Shown here: piece after piece, positions 18,624-27,071 of the stretch | Layout of the letters: every line of letters begins with the position of its first letter | How positions within the stretch are numbered: the first letter of the stretch is position 1 | NCBI GenBank assembly: GCA_021772985.1 | Contig: JAJFKX010000014.1 | Coordinates: forward strand, 78,481-142,480 | Origin: Gammaproteobacteria bacterium | GTDB lineage: Bacteria; Pseudomonadota; Gammaproteobacteria; Xanthomonadales; Wenzhouxiangellaceae | Length of the DNA: 64,000 nucleotides | Reading direction: 5' to 3' | The notes under the pieces: generated by a model | Databases searched by the model: none | What the model was told of the DNA's origin: nothing | Seen by the model: only the letters and a program-made list of their open reading frames with translations | Position numbers and translations under genes: made by a program

Positions 18624-19564
18624 CAAGAATAGCTACGCTGCTGCCCAGCGCCACTGACATAGTCTGTGCATTGGGTCTGGAAAAATCTCTGGTTGGCATT
18701 TCGCATAGCTGTGATCAACCGTCCCAAATAGTCGAACTACCCCGCTTGACCAGTACCACTGTCCCACAACATAAACCCAGCAGCGAAATTGATCAGTTCG
18801 TTCGCTCCTACATCCGTGACTTGCCGAATGCCGATGCAGAACCTGATGAAGATAAACTGGGCTTATATGAATTGAATATGGAGCGGCTCGAACAGGCAGC
18901 CCCGGATATTATTATTTCGCAAGGATTATGCGATGTTTGTGCAGTATCCACAGGTGATGTTCAAGCTGCGCTGTGCTCACTTTCATCAACACCAACACTG
19001 ATTGATCTGAACCCCAACACACTCGGTGATGTTCTCGCTGATATCCAACGGGTTGGGACGATGCTGAATCTGGATGAAGTTGCCTGGCAATGTGTCACCG
19101 CTTTGCAACAGCGTATCGACCATGTAGCTGATGCTTATCAGCATACTGTGGCGGATAAGCCTCGGGTCGCTTTTCTGGAATGGCTGATTCCACCGTTCAA
19201 CGGTGGGCACTGGAACCCCGAACTGGTGACTTTGGCCGGCGGCGAAGACCTGCTCGGCAACCCGGGTAAACCGTCGACCACTTTATCTGAAGAGCAGCTA
19301 TTTGACTGCAATCCAGATGTATTGGTGATTGCCTGCTGCGGGTTTTCAGTGCCAAGAATCCGCGAGGATATTGCTATTTGCCTGCAAAACAGTCACTGGA
19401 AAGAGTTGCGTGCTGTACGTGAGGGCAGGGTCTATCTGGCCGACGGACAAGATTATTTTGCCCGTCCCAGCCCAAGCCTGGTGGATGCGCTGGAGCGTTT
19501 GGCGGTAAGCTTGCATCCGGCAGTTGACGCAGGCTTACGAGTAGAAGCTTTCGAGCCACTTTAA
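18620..19564 (+). CDS. BtuF-like (class III periplasmic-binding-protein fold) corrinoid/metal-chelate binding protein without a recognisable signal peptide
   Basis: Starts directly with the mature-domain motif RIATLLPSATDIVCALGL..VGISHSC. ATGA overlap with the upstream gene. Confidence 0.7.
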   Translation: MTRIATLLPSATDIVCALGLEKSLVGISHSCDQPSQIVELPRLTSTTVPQHKPSSEIDQFVRSYIRDLPNADAEPDEDKLGLYELNMERLEQAAPDIIISQGLCDVCAVSTGDVQAALCSLSSTPTLIDLNPNTLGDVLADIQRVGTMLNLDEVAWQCVTALQQRIDHVADAYQHTVADKPRVAFLEWLIPPFNGGHWNPELVTLAGGEDLLGNPGKPSTTLSEEQLFDCNPDVLVIACCGFSVPRIREDIAICLQNSHWKELRAVREGRVYLADGQDYFARPSPSLVDALERLAVSLHPAVDAGLRVEAFEPL

Positions 19565-19596
19565 ACCAGACCGACTTTCAATCATTTATCGGAACT

Positions 19597-20019
19597 TTAC
19601 AACTCTTCGTGACTGTATTCTTGCAAGAAAGTCACCAACGCATCAATTTCATGCTCATCCAGAATATCACTGAATGCAGGCATCAAACCCGCAGAACACG
19701 GTCCATTTGGGCAGTTTTCAGATATCTTCGCATCGGGATTGGCAATTGAGTCTCTGATCTCATTTGCCGAAGCCATCTCAGCTATCAGGCTGAGATCGGG
19801 ACCGAAAGTCGCGCTCGACAGCTTGCCCAGGGCATGACAACCGCTGCAACCGCGTGTTTCGAATAGTAATGCGCCTAACTCAGAACCCTGTTTAGCAGCC
19901 GAGCCTGCAACCCGCTCACGTAATTCCGGTACAAGTGTATATTCGAACATGCTGTAGAAAATCACCAGCCCGATTAGGACAGCGATTAACCAAATGAGTG
20001 ATTTGCGTGCTCTGGTCAT
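19597..20019 (-). CDS. Membrane-anchored c-type cytochrome
   Basis: N-terminal TM helix; one CSGCH haem-binding motif. Confidence 0.75.
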   Translation of the reverse strand: MTRARKSLIWLIAVLIGLVIFYSMFEYTLVPELRERVAGSAAKQGSELGALLFETRGCSGCHALGKLSSATFGPDLSLIAEMASANEIRDSIANPDAKISENCPNGPCSAGLMPAFSDILDEHEIDALVTFLQEYSHEEL

Positions 20020-20150
20020 TGTGCCCGCAGTCTATCATCACAACGAACGAGCTGAATGTGGTAATAGTCATGCCTGGCTGTACCTGCTCAGGAGTATGTA
20101 CTTGTCTATACCAGGCTTAGCCAAACCCCATGGTCTATTGGATAATTTGT

Positions 20151-20609
20151 TTACAGTTCAATTTTGTAACCAACAACCCGATCAACTTCAGCAAAGCCCA
20201 AGCGCTCATAAAACTGTTGCGCCCTGTGGTTGGTTATTTCAGTATCGGTAGCGAATTCTTTATGACCGTTATCCATACACCACTGTATCAGTAGTTGCAT
20301 AACCTGCTGCCCAACTCCTTTGTTGCGATAGCCGGACATAAGATATAACCCTTCCAGATAAGGAACCGGGCTGCTGAGGCAACCATCAACGATATTGCGC
20401 AATGATAATTCAACCATGCCGATGGGGTTATCCAGTTGATCAACTATAAATCTGCAATACCACACATCACTGGAATGCACCTGCGACATTTCCCGATCAT
20501 GAAAACCATCATCCAGCGCCTCATAAAGATCACAACGCATCGCTTTCCAAATCTGAAACTCTTCAGCCTGAATTACTCTTAAGGAAGCTTCGATTAACTG
20601 TCTGACCAT
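20151..20609 (-). CDS. GNAT acetyltransferase resembling AAC(6')-I aminoglycoside 6'-N-acetyltransferases
   Basis: IGMVELSLRNIVDGCLSSPVPYLEGLYLMSGYRNKGVGQQV...TDTEITNHRAQQFYERLGFAEV aligns by eye with the AAC(6')-Iy-type core (IRHDYVNGCDSSPVVFLEGIFVLPSFRQRGVAKQL...SDTSPENTISQKVHQALGFEE). Confidence 0.75.
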   Translation of the reverse strand: MVRQLIEASLRVIQAEEFQIWKAMRCDLYEALDDGFHDREMSQVHSSDVWYCRFIVDQLDNPIGMVELSLRNIVDGCLSSPVPYLEGLYLMSGYRNKGVGQQVMQLLIQWCMDNGHKEFATDTEITNHRAQQFYERLGFAEVDRVVGYKIEL

Positions 20610-20947
20610 ACAGCCAGCTCATTGCCATGTGGATCATGAAAGTGAAAACGCCGCCCGCCGGGAAAGCTGAAGATATCTTTGCATACCGATCCTTTGTAAC
20701 TGATAACAGCATCACGAACCCGTTCCAGATCATCTGTATAAAACACCACCAGTGCTGCTCCATTTTCAGTATCTGAACGCAATTTGGATTTATAGAAGCC
20801 ACCATCCATTTTATTATCAGTAAATGATCGATATTCAGAGCCGTAGTCTGTAAAGCTCCAACCAAATACACCGGAATAAAACGCCTGCAGTGCATCAAAA
20901 TCATCACCCGGAAACTCTACATAATCAATTTTATGATTCTGCTGCAT
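20594..20947 (-). CDS. VOC/glyoxalase-family protein
   Basis: 117 aa; YVEFPGDDFDALQAFYSGVFGW...FHFHDPHGNELAVW pattern. The 3' end overlaps the GNAT start by 16 nt. Confidence 0.7.
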   Translation of the reverse strand: MQQNHKIDYVEFPGDDFDALQAFYSGVFGWSFTDYGSEYRSFTDNKMDGGFYKSKLRSDTENGAALVVFYTDDLERVRDAVISYKGSVCKDIFSFPGGRRFHFHDPHGNELAVWSDS

Positions 20948-21107
20948 AATTGTTACTCCTTGAAATAACCGTCATTTCAATTGATTCCTATAGCAAATCT
21001 GAATTGAAACAGAAAGCCAGATAGATAACCAAGGCCATCACTCCAGCTATAACCATTTTCAAAAGTGTACAGCACTGACATGCTTTACCTCGTATTAAGG
21101 CACACAG

Positions 21108-21566
21108 TTACATGCTGGAAAAATCGACAGCCGAGCCTGTTTCCAGCAAAGTTTTTAAACCACAAATCACCAACGGCCAACCACCTGAAACCAGCTCATA
21201 CATTTTGGAACCAGGCACAAACTGATCATGAATCACGGTCAGTCTGGTGCCGGTTGCGATTGATTCCAGTGTAAAGGTTACCCGCGTTGGCGGCTCAGCT
21301 TGGGTGTCGGGATTACGCGGAAACCGCCAACTGTAAGACAGTTCATGTGGATAGTTGCACACCAGTACCTCACCTTCACAACCCACTTGGTCATTTTCAA
21401 CCAGAAATTCTACCCGCGAACCCACCTTGAAATCGCTTCGGATGCGGGTTGAATGCCAATACTGCCGGGTAAACTCTGCCGTAGTCAGCCCTTCCCATAC
21501 TTTCTCCACAGCTGCGGCAATAACCGCTACATAGACATAATCAGGGACGTTTTCTTGGTTATTCAT
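21108..21566 (-). CDS. SRPBCC/AHSA1-like protein
   Basis: 152 aa; VEKVWEGLTTAEFTRQYW pattern. Overlaps the upstream ArsR gene by 8 nt, which is the classic ArsR-SRPBCC pair. Confidence 0.7.
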   Translation of the reverse strand: MNNQENVPDYVYVAVIAAAVEKVWEGLTTAEFTRQYWHSTRIRSDFKVGSRVEFLVENDQVGCEGEVLVCNYPHELSYSWRFPRNPDTQAEPPTRVTFTLESIATGTRLTVIHDQFVPGSKMYELVSGGWPLVICGLKTLLETGSAVDFSSM

Positions 21567-21903
21567 TATTGTTTTCCTCCAAAGCCTGTTTCAGACTGAT
21601 TATTGCTGCAGCCTTGTTCTGTGAGAACTTATCCAGCCACCGTCGGCTGATTTCTTCCAACGGTACCGGGTTGAGATAGTGCAGCTTTTCTCGACCCTGC
21701 CAAAGTGTGACGATCAGTTCGGCCTGTTCAAGCACAGCGATATGCCGGGTTGCCGATTGCCTACGCATGTCCAGACCTTCAACCAGTTCGGACAAAGTTA
21801 CCCCCTGCTTGATGTGCAAGCGGTCCAGCATTTTTCGCCGGGAAGAAGCCGCTAGAGCTTTGAAAACTTGTTCCATTTCTATTATGCAGTAAATAAGCTG
21901 CAT
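21559..21903 (-). CDS. ArsR/SmtB-family transcriptional regulator (probable true start at ATG 21876)
   Basis: VFKALAASSRRKMLDRL...LSELVEGLDMRRQSATRHIAVLEQAELI winged-HTH. Confidence 0.8.
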   Translation of the reverse strand: MQLIYCIIEMEQVFKALAASSRRKMLDRLHIKQGVTLSELVEGLDMRRQSATRHIAVLEQAELIVTLWQGREKLHYLNPVPLEEISRRWLDKFSQNKAAAIISLKQALEENNNE

Positions 21904-21929
21904 ATTATTATGCAGTATTTATACTGCAT
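21884..21929. promoter_or_regulatory. Paired palindromic operator candidates sharing ATGCAG half-sites (ArsR autoregulation)
   Basis: ATGCAG-TAAATAAG-CTGCAT at 21884-21903 and ATGCAGTA-TTTA-TACTGCAT at 21910-21929, immediately upstream of ATG 21876. Confidence 0.4.
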
Positions 21930-21997
21930 GTCAAGACAGCGTCTTTGACTGAGACATAAAACAACTTTCGCAACCGTGCCTGGGACTGCAAAAAGGA

Positions 21998-24253
21998 ATG
22001 AAAGCTTCAATAAAACTGAATATTGTGGCCGTTAGTGTCCGAATGCATCCATTCAGACGAAACCCTGATCAAACAGCATTAGATTCAATCCGAACTCAAC
22101 TATTGAAACAGTACGACATGTTAAATAAGGCGAAATACATTGTTCAATTTGTGCTATTCCCGCTATTGATCATCGGCTGCATACAAAAACCGACACAAAA
22201 CCAGCATTTTGATCAAAGCTTAATTAAAGACTTTTCTAATCAACAGTTAACTGATATGTCTAATAGCATCACCATTTATCGTGATCAATTTGGTGTACCA
22301 CATATCTATGGCCCGACAGATGCAAGTGTCGTTTTCGGCGCCACCTTTGCCAGAGCCGAAGACGAATTTCATTATATGGAGCAGGCATACATAAAACTGC
22401 TGGGCAAAGCAGCATCTGTTATGGGTGAAGAATGGCTGGACTGGGATGTGTTTTTGAGAAAACTCGAAATCGAAAAACATTCAAGAATGGAGTATTCCAA
22501 GGCGCCATTGAAGATTAAGCAGTTATGCGACGCCTTCGCAGATGGGATGAATTACTTTTTGTTGAAAAACCCGCAAGTCAAACCACTCTTGATCGAAAAC
22601 TTCGAGCCTTGGCATGCACTGGCTGGTTATCGGCTATTCCATGTCTCAGGTATCGGTGGAGCCAGTTTGCGCCAGCTCGGCGAGCCAGGTGTGCTTGATA
22701 AGTTTACCGGCTATCTATCATCTACAATGTGGGCAGTTGCACCCGAAAAAACTGAGTCTGGTCATGCAATGCTATTCATCAATCCTCATATTCCATTGGA
22801 TGCGCCTTATGAGTTTCATCTACATAGCGATGAGGGTCTCACGGTATCGGGGCAGGTGGCCTACGGTATCGGCATACTCCCCATATCCGGGCACAACGGC
22901 CAGATGGGTTGGGCAATAACAGCCAACGAGCCCGATATCAATGATGTGTATATAGAAAAATTTGACCCTTCTGATCCACAAATATATCAGTACGGAAAGT
23001 CCGAACAAACAGTCTCAAAGTGGCAAGAACGCATCTCTATCAATACAAAAGCTGGTCTCAGTTATCAAGATTACACCTTTGAAAAAACAATTCATGGTCC
23101 GTTGTTTACTAACCAGGATGGACAACGTCTCGCTTTGAAAATTGCCAAATTATCAAAAGGTGGTGTTCTTGAACAGTTTTACCATATGAGTAAAGCAACA
23201 AACCTGTCAGCATTTAAACAAGCCATTGCGCCGATGGATATCACTTATAACAATATTGTCTACGCAGGCAGGGATGGCCATATATTCTATGTTTATGGCG
23301 GCGCCATTCCCAAAAGAGATGCTCGATTCGATTGGACGCAACCGGTCGACGGCAGCGACCGGGCCACTGACTGGATGGGCTTTTTCTCTTTGGATGAACT
23401 GCCGCAACTGGAGGATCCGAAAACATTTTACCTACAGAACTCGAACAGCTCACCCTTTTTCACCACCCATGACGAAAACCCTGTTGAATCACAGTTTCCC
23501 AAATATATGTTCCGTGGCGAACAGGATACTCCTATTGCACAGCGCTCTCGTCAGATTCTAAGTAATAGACAAAACATCTCATTTGATCAGTTTTCGGAAC
23601 TGGCCTTTGACACCTATCTACCAAAAGCTAAGCGGCATATCCATGCGCTCAATACAGAATGGCGAAAGCTTAAGCTTGACGATCCACAAAAAGCTGACTT
23701 TTTTGAGCCCGCCTTAGAACAACTTAACCAATGGGATAAAAGATCAGCTGTCGATTCAATAGCAAGCACATTGTATGTGGGCCTGTATTTTGTTGATAGT
23801 GACGATGTTGATTATCCTTACCTCAGCTCGCTAGAACTTGTCATGAATCACCTACAAGCCAAATATGGCGATTGGAAAATTCCTTTTGGAGAGGTTCACC
23901 GTCTGCAACGGCCTGATCACCGGCAGGCAACTACTTATATGGATGATAAACCCAGCCTGGCGGCACCAGGCTTGCCATTTTTTCTTGGAGCCATCTTTAC
24001 ATTCAACACTCAAAACTCTAATACCGAAAAGCGAAACTACGGCAACCATGGGCATTCTTTTGTCAGTGTCATTGAGTTTGGCGAAAGAGTTCAGGCCCGC
24101 TCAGTAATGGCTTATGGGCAAAGCCGCACTCCTGGTTCGCCACACTATTTTGACCAGGCTCCGCTTTACGCCCGAGGCCAATTTAAGGACGCATGGTATG
24201 AACTGAAGGAAATACAGAAGCATGCCGTAAAAGTCTATAAACCAGGTAATTAG
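21998..24253 (+). CDS. Penicillin-acylase-family Ntn hydrolase, probably a lipoprotein (more likely start ATG 22118)
   Basis: IYRDQFGVPHIYGPTDASVVFGATFARAEDEFHYME, and nucleophile region LSSTMWAV (compare SNMWVIG). From 22118 the N-terminus MLNKAKYIVQFVLFPLLIIGC carries a lipobox. Confidence 0.85.
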   Translation: MKASIKLNIVAVSVRMHPFRRNPDQTALDSIRTQLLKQYDMLNKAKYIVQFVLFPLLIIGCIQKPTQNQHFDQSLIKDFSNQQLTDMSNSITIYRDQFGVPHIYGPTDASVVFGATFARAEDEFHYMEQAYIKLLGKAASVMGEEWLDWDVFLRKLEIEKHSRMEYSKAPLKIKQLCDAFADGMNYFLLKNPQVKPLLIENFEPWHALAGYRLFHVSGIGGASLRQLGEPGVLDKFTGYLSSTMWAVAPEKTESGHAMLFINPHIPLDAPYEFHLHSDEGLTVSGQVAYGIGILPISGHNGQMGWAITANEPDINDVYIEKFDPSDPQIYQYGKSEQTVSKWQERISINTKAGLSYQDYTFEKTIHGPLFTNQDGQRLALKIAKLSKGGVLEQFYHMSKATNLSAFKQAIAPMDITYNNIVYAGRDGHIFYVYGGAIPKRDARFDWTQPVDGSDRATDWMGFFSLDELPQLEDPKTFYLQNSNSSPFFTTHDENPVESQFPKYMFRGEQDTPIAQRSRQILSNRQNISFDQFSELAFDTYLPKAKRHIHALNTEWRKLKLDDPQKADFFEPALEQLNQWDKRSAVDSIASTLYVGLYFVDSDDVDYPYLSSLELVMNHLQAKYGDWKIPFGEVHRLQRPDHRQATTYMDDKPSLAAPGLPFFLGAIFTFNTQNSNTEKRNYGNHGHSFVSVIEFGERVQARSVMAYGQSRTPGSPHYFDQAPLYARGQFKDAWYELKEIQKHAVKVYKPGN

Positions 24254-24499
24254 ATCATTTAGTATGGCAGACAGCGCAATCTTGGCTGCCTCAACTTTTT
24301 ATCACACACATATAGCTGGCTATCGGTTCATCCGTTAGCCGGCCTCATCCGCTTTCAAATAAAATAGCATTATTTTTCCCTGCACCAGCTACACTGGCAT
24401 TCAGTCCTGCCAAAAATCGTAGCTACACACAATTCATTAAACTCCGGGTTAAGTTAAAATGCGGCCTGAAATATCATGTAACTGGTTGCGAGGCTATAA

Positions 24500-25630
24500 A
24501 TGACTGTCAATGCATATAACCTTGCCATCTTGTTAGGTACGTTGCATGGGCTGGTACTAAGCTTTCTATTGTTTGCAACTTCCAAAAACCACAGGGCAGC
24601 CAATATACTTCTGGCGCTGGTACTGCTTTTCTACACCCTGCCCGTTTTAAGAGTTGCCCTGAATGACATTGGTTTTTTTAGTCTTTATGATCTGCCGTTC
24701 TTATCCATTGAGCTAATTTATGGCTTGGGACCATCGCTTTATCTTTATGCCAAAACAATTTCAGACCCTGAATATAAATTGAGTCGAACTGACTTCCTGC
24801 ACTTCCTGCCGGTATTATTTGAAGTAATCTATTATTTCAGCTCTTCATACAGTCAGGTTGGTCACCCCACATTCAGCCCACCAAGAAATATTCATCACCT
24901 GTTATGGATGATTCAGCAAGCAGGCTCAGTTGTTTCTGTCTTTGTGTATTTAGGTTTAACCAATAAGCTGCTATGGAACTATTCCAGATGGCTCAAGAAT
25001 AATTACTCAGCCACCCGCCACAGAACCCTGAAATGGCTGCAAACACCCATCATTTTATATTCCACTTTTTTTATATTATGGTTCAGCTTAAGAATTTTTG
25101 ACGTCATCTATTTTGCTGACAGCTTGAGCATTTTTCCCTATTATCCCTTTTTGCTATTTCTTTCATTTAGCACTTACTGGATTGGCACCAAAGGTTATCT
25201 CCAAAATCAAATTGATACCACCGGATACAGCAAGTCACTCTCGAAAAATGACCATCGGGTTGCTGACACTGACGATCAGATGCTCATTGCGATCTATAAA
25301 GATTTGATAAAAGTTATGCCCCGGGAAAAACTATACCTGGATAATGATCTTAACCTGACTCAGCTATCCCGGCATTTTGCAGTCAACCCAAGGCTGTTAT
25401 CCAAAGCCATTAACACCCAGGCGAAAATGAATTTCTATGACTTTATTAATCAATATCGAGTGGAAGAGTTTAAGCACAAAATTGTACGCCCCGAAACCCG
25501 TGGCAAGCTAATCGATATAGCTTTTGAATGCGGTTTCAGCTCCAAGGCAACATTTAATCATATTTTTAAGAGCAGCACAGGACACACACCCTCGCAGTAT
25601 AGAAAGCAATTTGGTCTATTGGCTAAATGA
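24500..25630 (+). CDS. AraC-family regulator with an N-terminal multi-TM membrane domain
   Basis: About 230 aa of hydrophobic helices, followed by a C-terminal AraC HTH (IAFECGFSSKATFNHIFKSSTGHTPSQYR). Confidence 0.8.
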   Translation: MTVNAYNLAILLGTLHGLVLSFLLFATSKNHRAANILLALVLLFYTLPVLRVALNDIGFFSLYDLPFLSIELIYGLGPSLYLYAKTISDPEYKLSRTDFLHFLPVLFEVIYYFSSSYSQVGHPTFSPPRNIHHLLWMIQQAGSVVSVFVYLGLTNKLLWNYSRWLKNNYSATRHRTLKWLQTPIILYSTFFILWFSLRIFDVIYFADSLSIFPYYPFLLFLSFSTYWIGTKGYLQNQIDTTGYSKSLSKNDHRVADTDDQMLIAIYKDLIKVMPREKLYLDNDLNLTQLSRHFAVNPRLLSKAINTQAKMNFYDFINQYRVEEFKHKIVRPETRGKLIDIAFECGFSSKATFNHIFKSSTGHTPSQYRKQFGLLAK

Positions 25631-25664
25631 TATTTTCCAGTCAATCAAATAACTTGATCTATAG

Positions 25665-26864
25665 TTATTTGATACTGGCCCGACAAATTCGACGCTTACC
25701 TACCTGCATCACCCCCTCGAATCCAACTGGAAGATTCAATGCCCGATCACTGACCTTCTGACCATCAAGCTTAACCGCACCCTGCTTCAGCATCCGAAAT
25801 GCTTCCGAATTACTACTGGTTAATCCAGCGCCGGTCAGTGCTGCTGCAATACCAATACCTTGGCCGTTGGTATCCAGTGTAACTTCGTCTAAATCATCAG
25901 GCAGTTCACCTTGAGCAAAGCGTGCGATAAATGCTTCGCGGGCTTTTGTTCCTGTGCCGGCACCATGAAACCGATCCACCATTTCTTCGCCCAGCAAAAA
26001 CTTAATATCCCTTGGATTAGCGCCGTCTGTGACCTGTTGTTTAAGTTGCTCTAATTCAACATTGCTACGGGCGCTAAGCAATTCAAAATAACGCCACATC
26101 AACTCGTCTGAAATCGACATCAGTTTGCCGAATATACTATCGGCACTTTCATCTATGCCAATGTAATTACCCAACGACTTGGACATTTTCTGCACACCAT
26201 CAAGCCCTTCCAGCAAGGGCAAGGTCATGATCACCTGTGCTTTCTGGCCGAATTGCGGTTGCAAATGCCGCCCCATCAGAAGGTTGAACTTCTGATCTGT
26301 GCCACCGAGTTCAACATCGGCTTTCAATGCCACTGAATCATAGCCTTGTGCAATGGGGTAAAGGAATTCGTGGATAGCAATTGGCTGGTTATTCTTAAAC
26401 CGCTGTTCAAAATCATTGCGTTCCAACATTCGGGCAACTGTATAGCGTGATGCCAGACTGGCAAACTCTACCGCGTTAAGCTGGTTCATCCATTCGGTGT
26501 TAAACCTAATTTCAGTACGTTCCGGATCCAACACCTTAAATACCTGCGCTTTGTAGGTTTCTGCGTTGGCCTGTACCTGTTCAGCAGTTAATGCCTTGCG
26601 GGTAGCATTTTTGCCGGATGGATCACCGATCATGCCGGTGAAATCTCCAATCAGGAATATTACCGTATGACCCAAATCCTGAAACTGACGCATTTTATTG
26701 AGCAACACCGTATGCCCCAGATGCAAATCTGGTGCGGTTGGATCGAAGCCGGTTTTGACACGCAGTTGTTTACCTGATGCAATCCGCTCACGCAGATCCT
26801 CGAGTTGGATAATTTCTTCGCAGCCACGCTGCAATAGCTCAATTTGGTCGTTTACGTTGGTCAT
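25665..26864 (-). CDS. tyrS: Tyrosyl-tRNA synthetase
   Basis: HIGH motif (DLHLGHTV), KMSKS motif (KMSKSLGN), C-terminal S4-like domain. 399 aa. Confidence 0.95.
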   Translation of the reverse strand: MTNVNDQIELLQRGCEEIIQLEDLRERIASGKQLRVKTGFDPTAPDLHLGHTVLLNKMRQFQDLGHTVIFLIGDFTGMIGDPSGKNATRKALTAEQVQANAETYKAQVFKVLDPERTEIRFNTEWMNQLNAVEFASLASRYTVARMLERNDFEQRFKNNQPIAIHEFLYPIAQGYDSVALKADVELGGTDQKFNLLMGRHLQPQFGQKAQVIMTLPLLEGLDGVQKMSKSLGNYIGIDESADSIFGKLMSISDELMWRYFELLSARSNVELEQLKQQVTDGANPRDIKFLLGEEMVDRFHGAGTGTKAREAFIARFAQGELPDDLDEVTLDTNGQGIGIAAALTGAGLTSSNSEAFRMLKQGAVKLDGQKVSDRALNLPVGFEGVMQVGKRRICRASIK

Positions 26865-27071
26865 TAAACTTCTTATCTACAAGCTGATATTGATGTATTG
26901 ACAGAAGCATAACCTGCCCCTGGCTAAACTATGCAACTAAACCCTGGAAACCTCATTTACGCATGTTTCTGACCGCAGAATATCGCAAACGAACTGGTTT
27001 TGCGTTGCATTATGATTACAATACACACCCATGACCAGCATACAGCCCCAAATTATTCGCATTAACAAAGC

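Noticed and set aside
25646-25671. CAAATAAC-(10 nt)-GTTATTTG hairpin between the convergent AraC and tyrS genes, as a bidirectional terminator
   Set aside because: The stem is almost all A/T, overlaps the tyrS stop codon and lacks a U-tract. Too weak to report as a feature.
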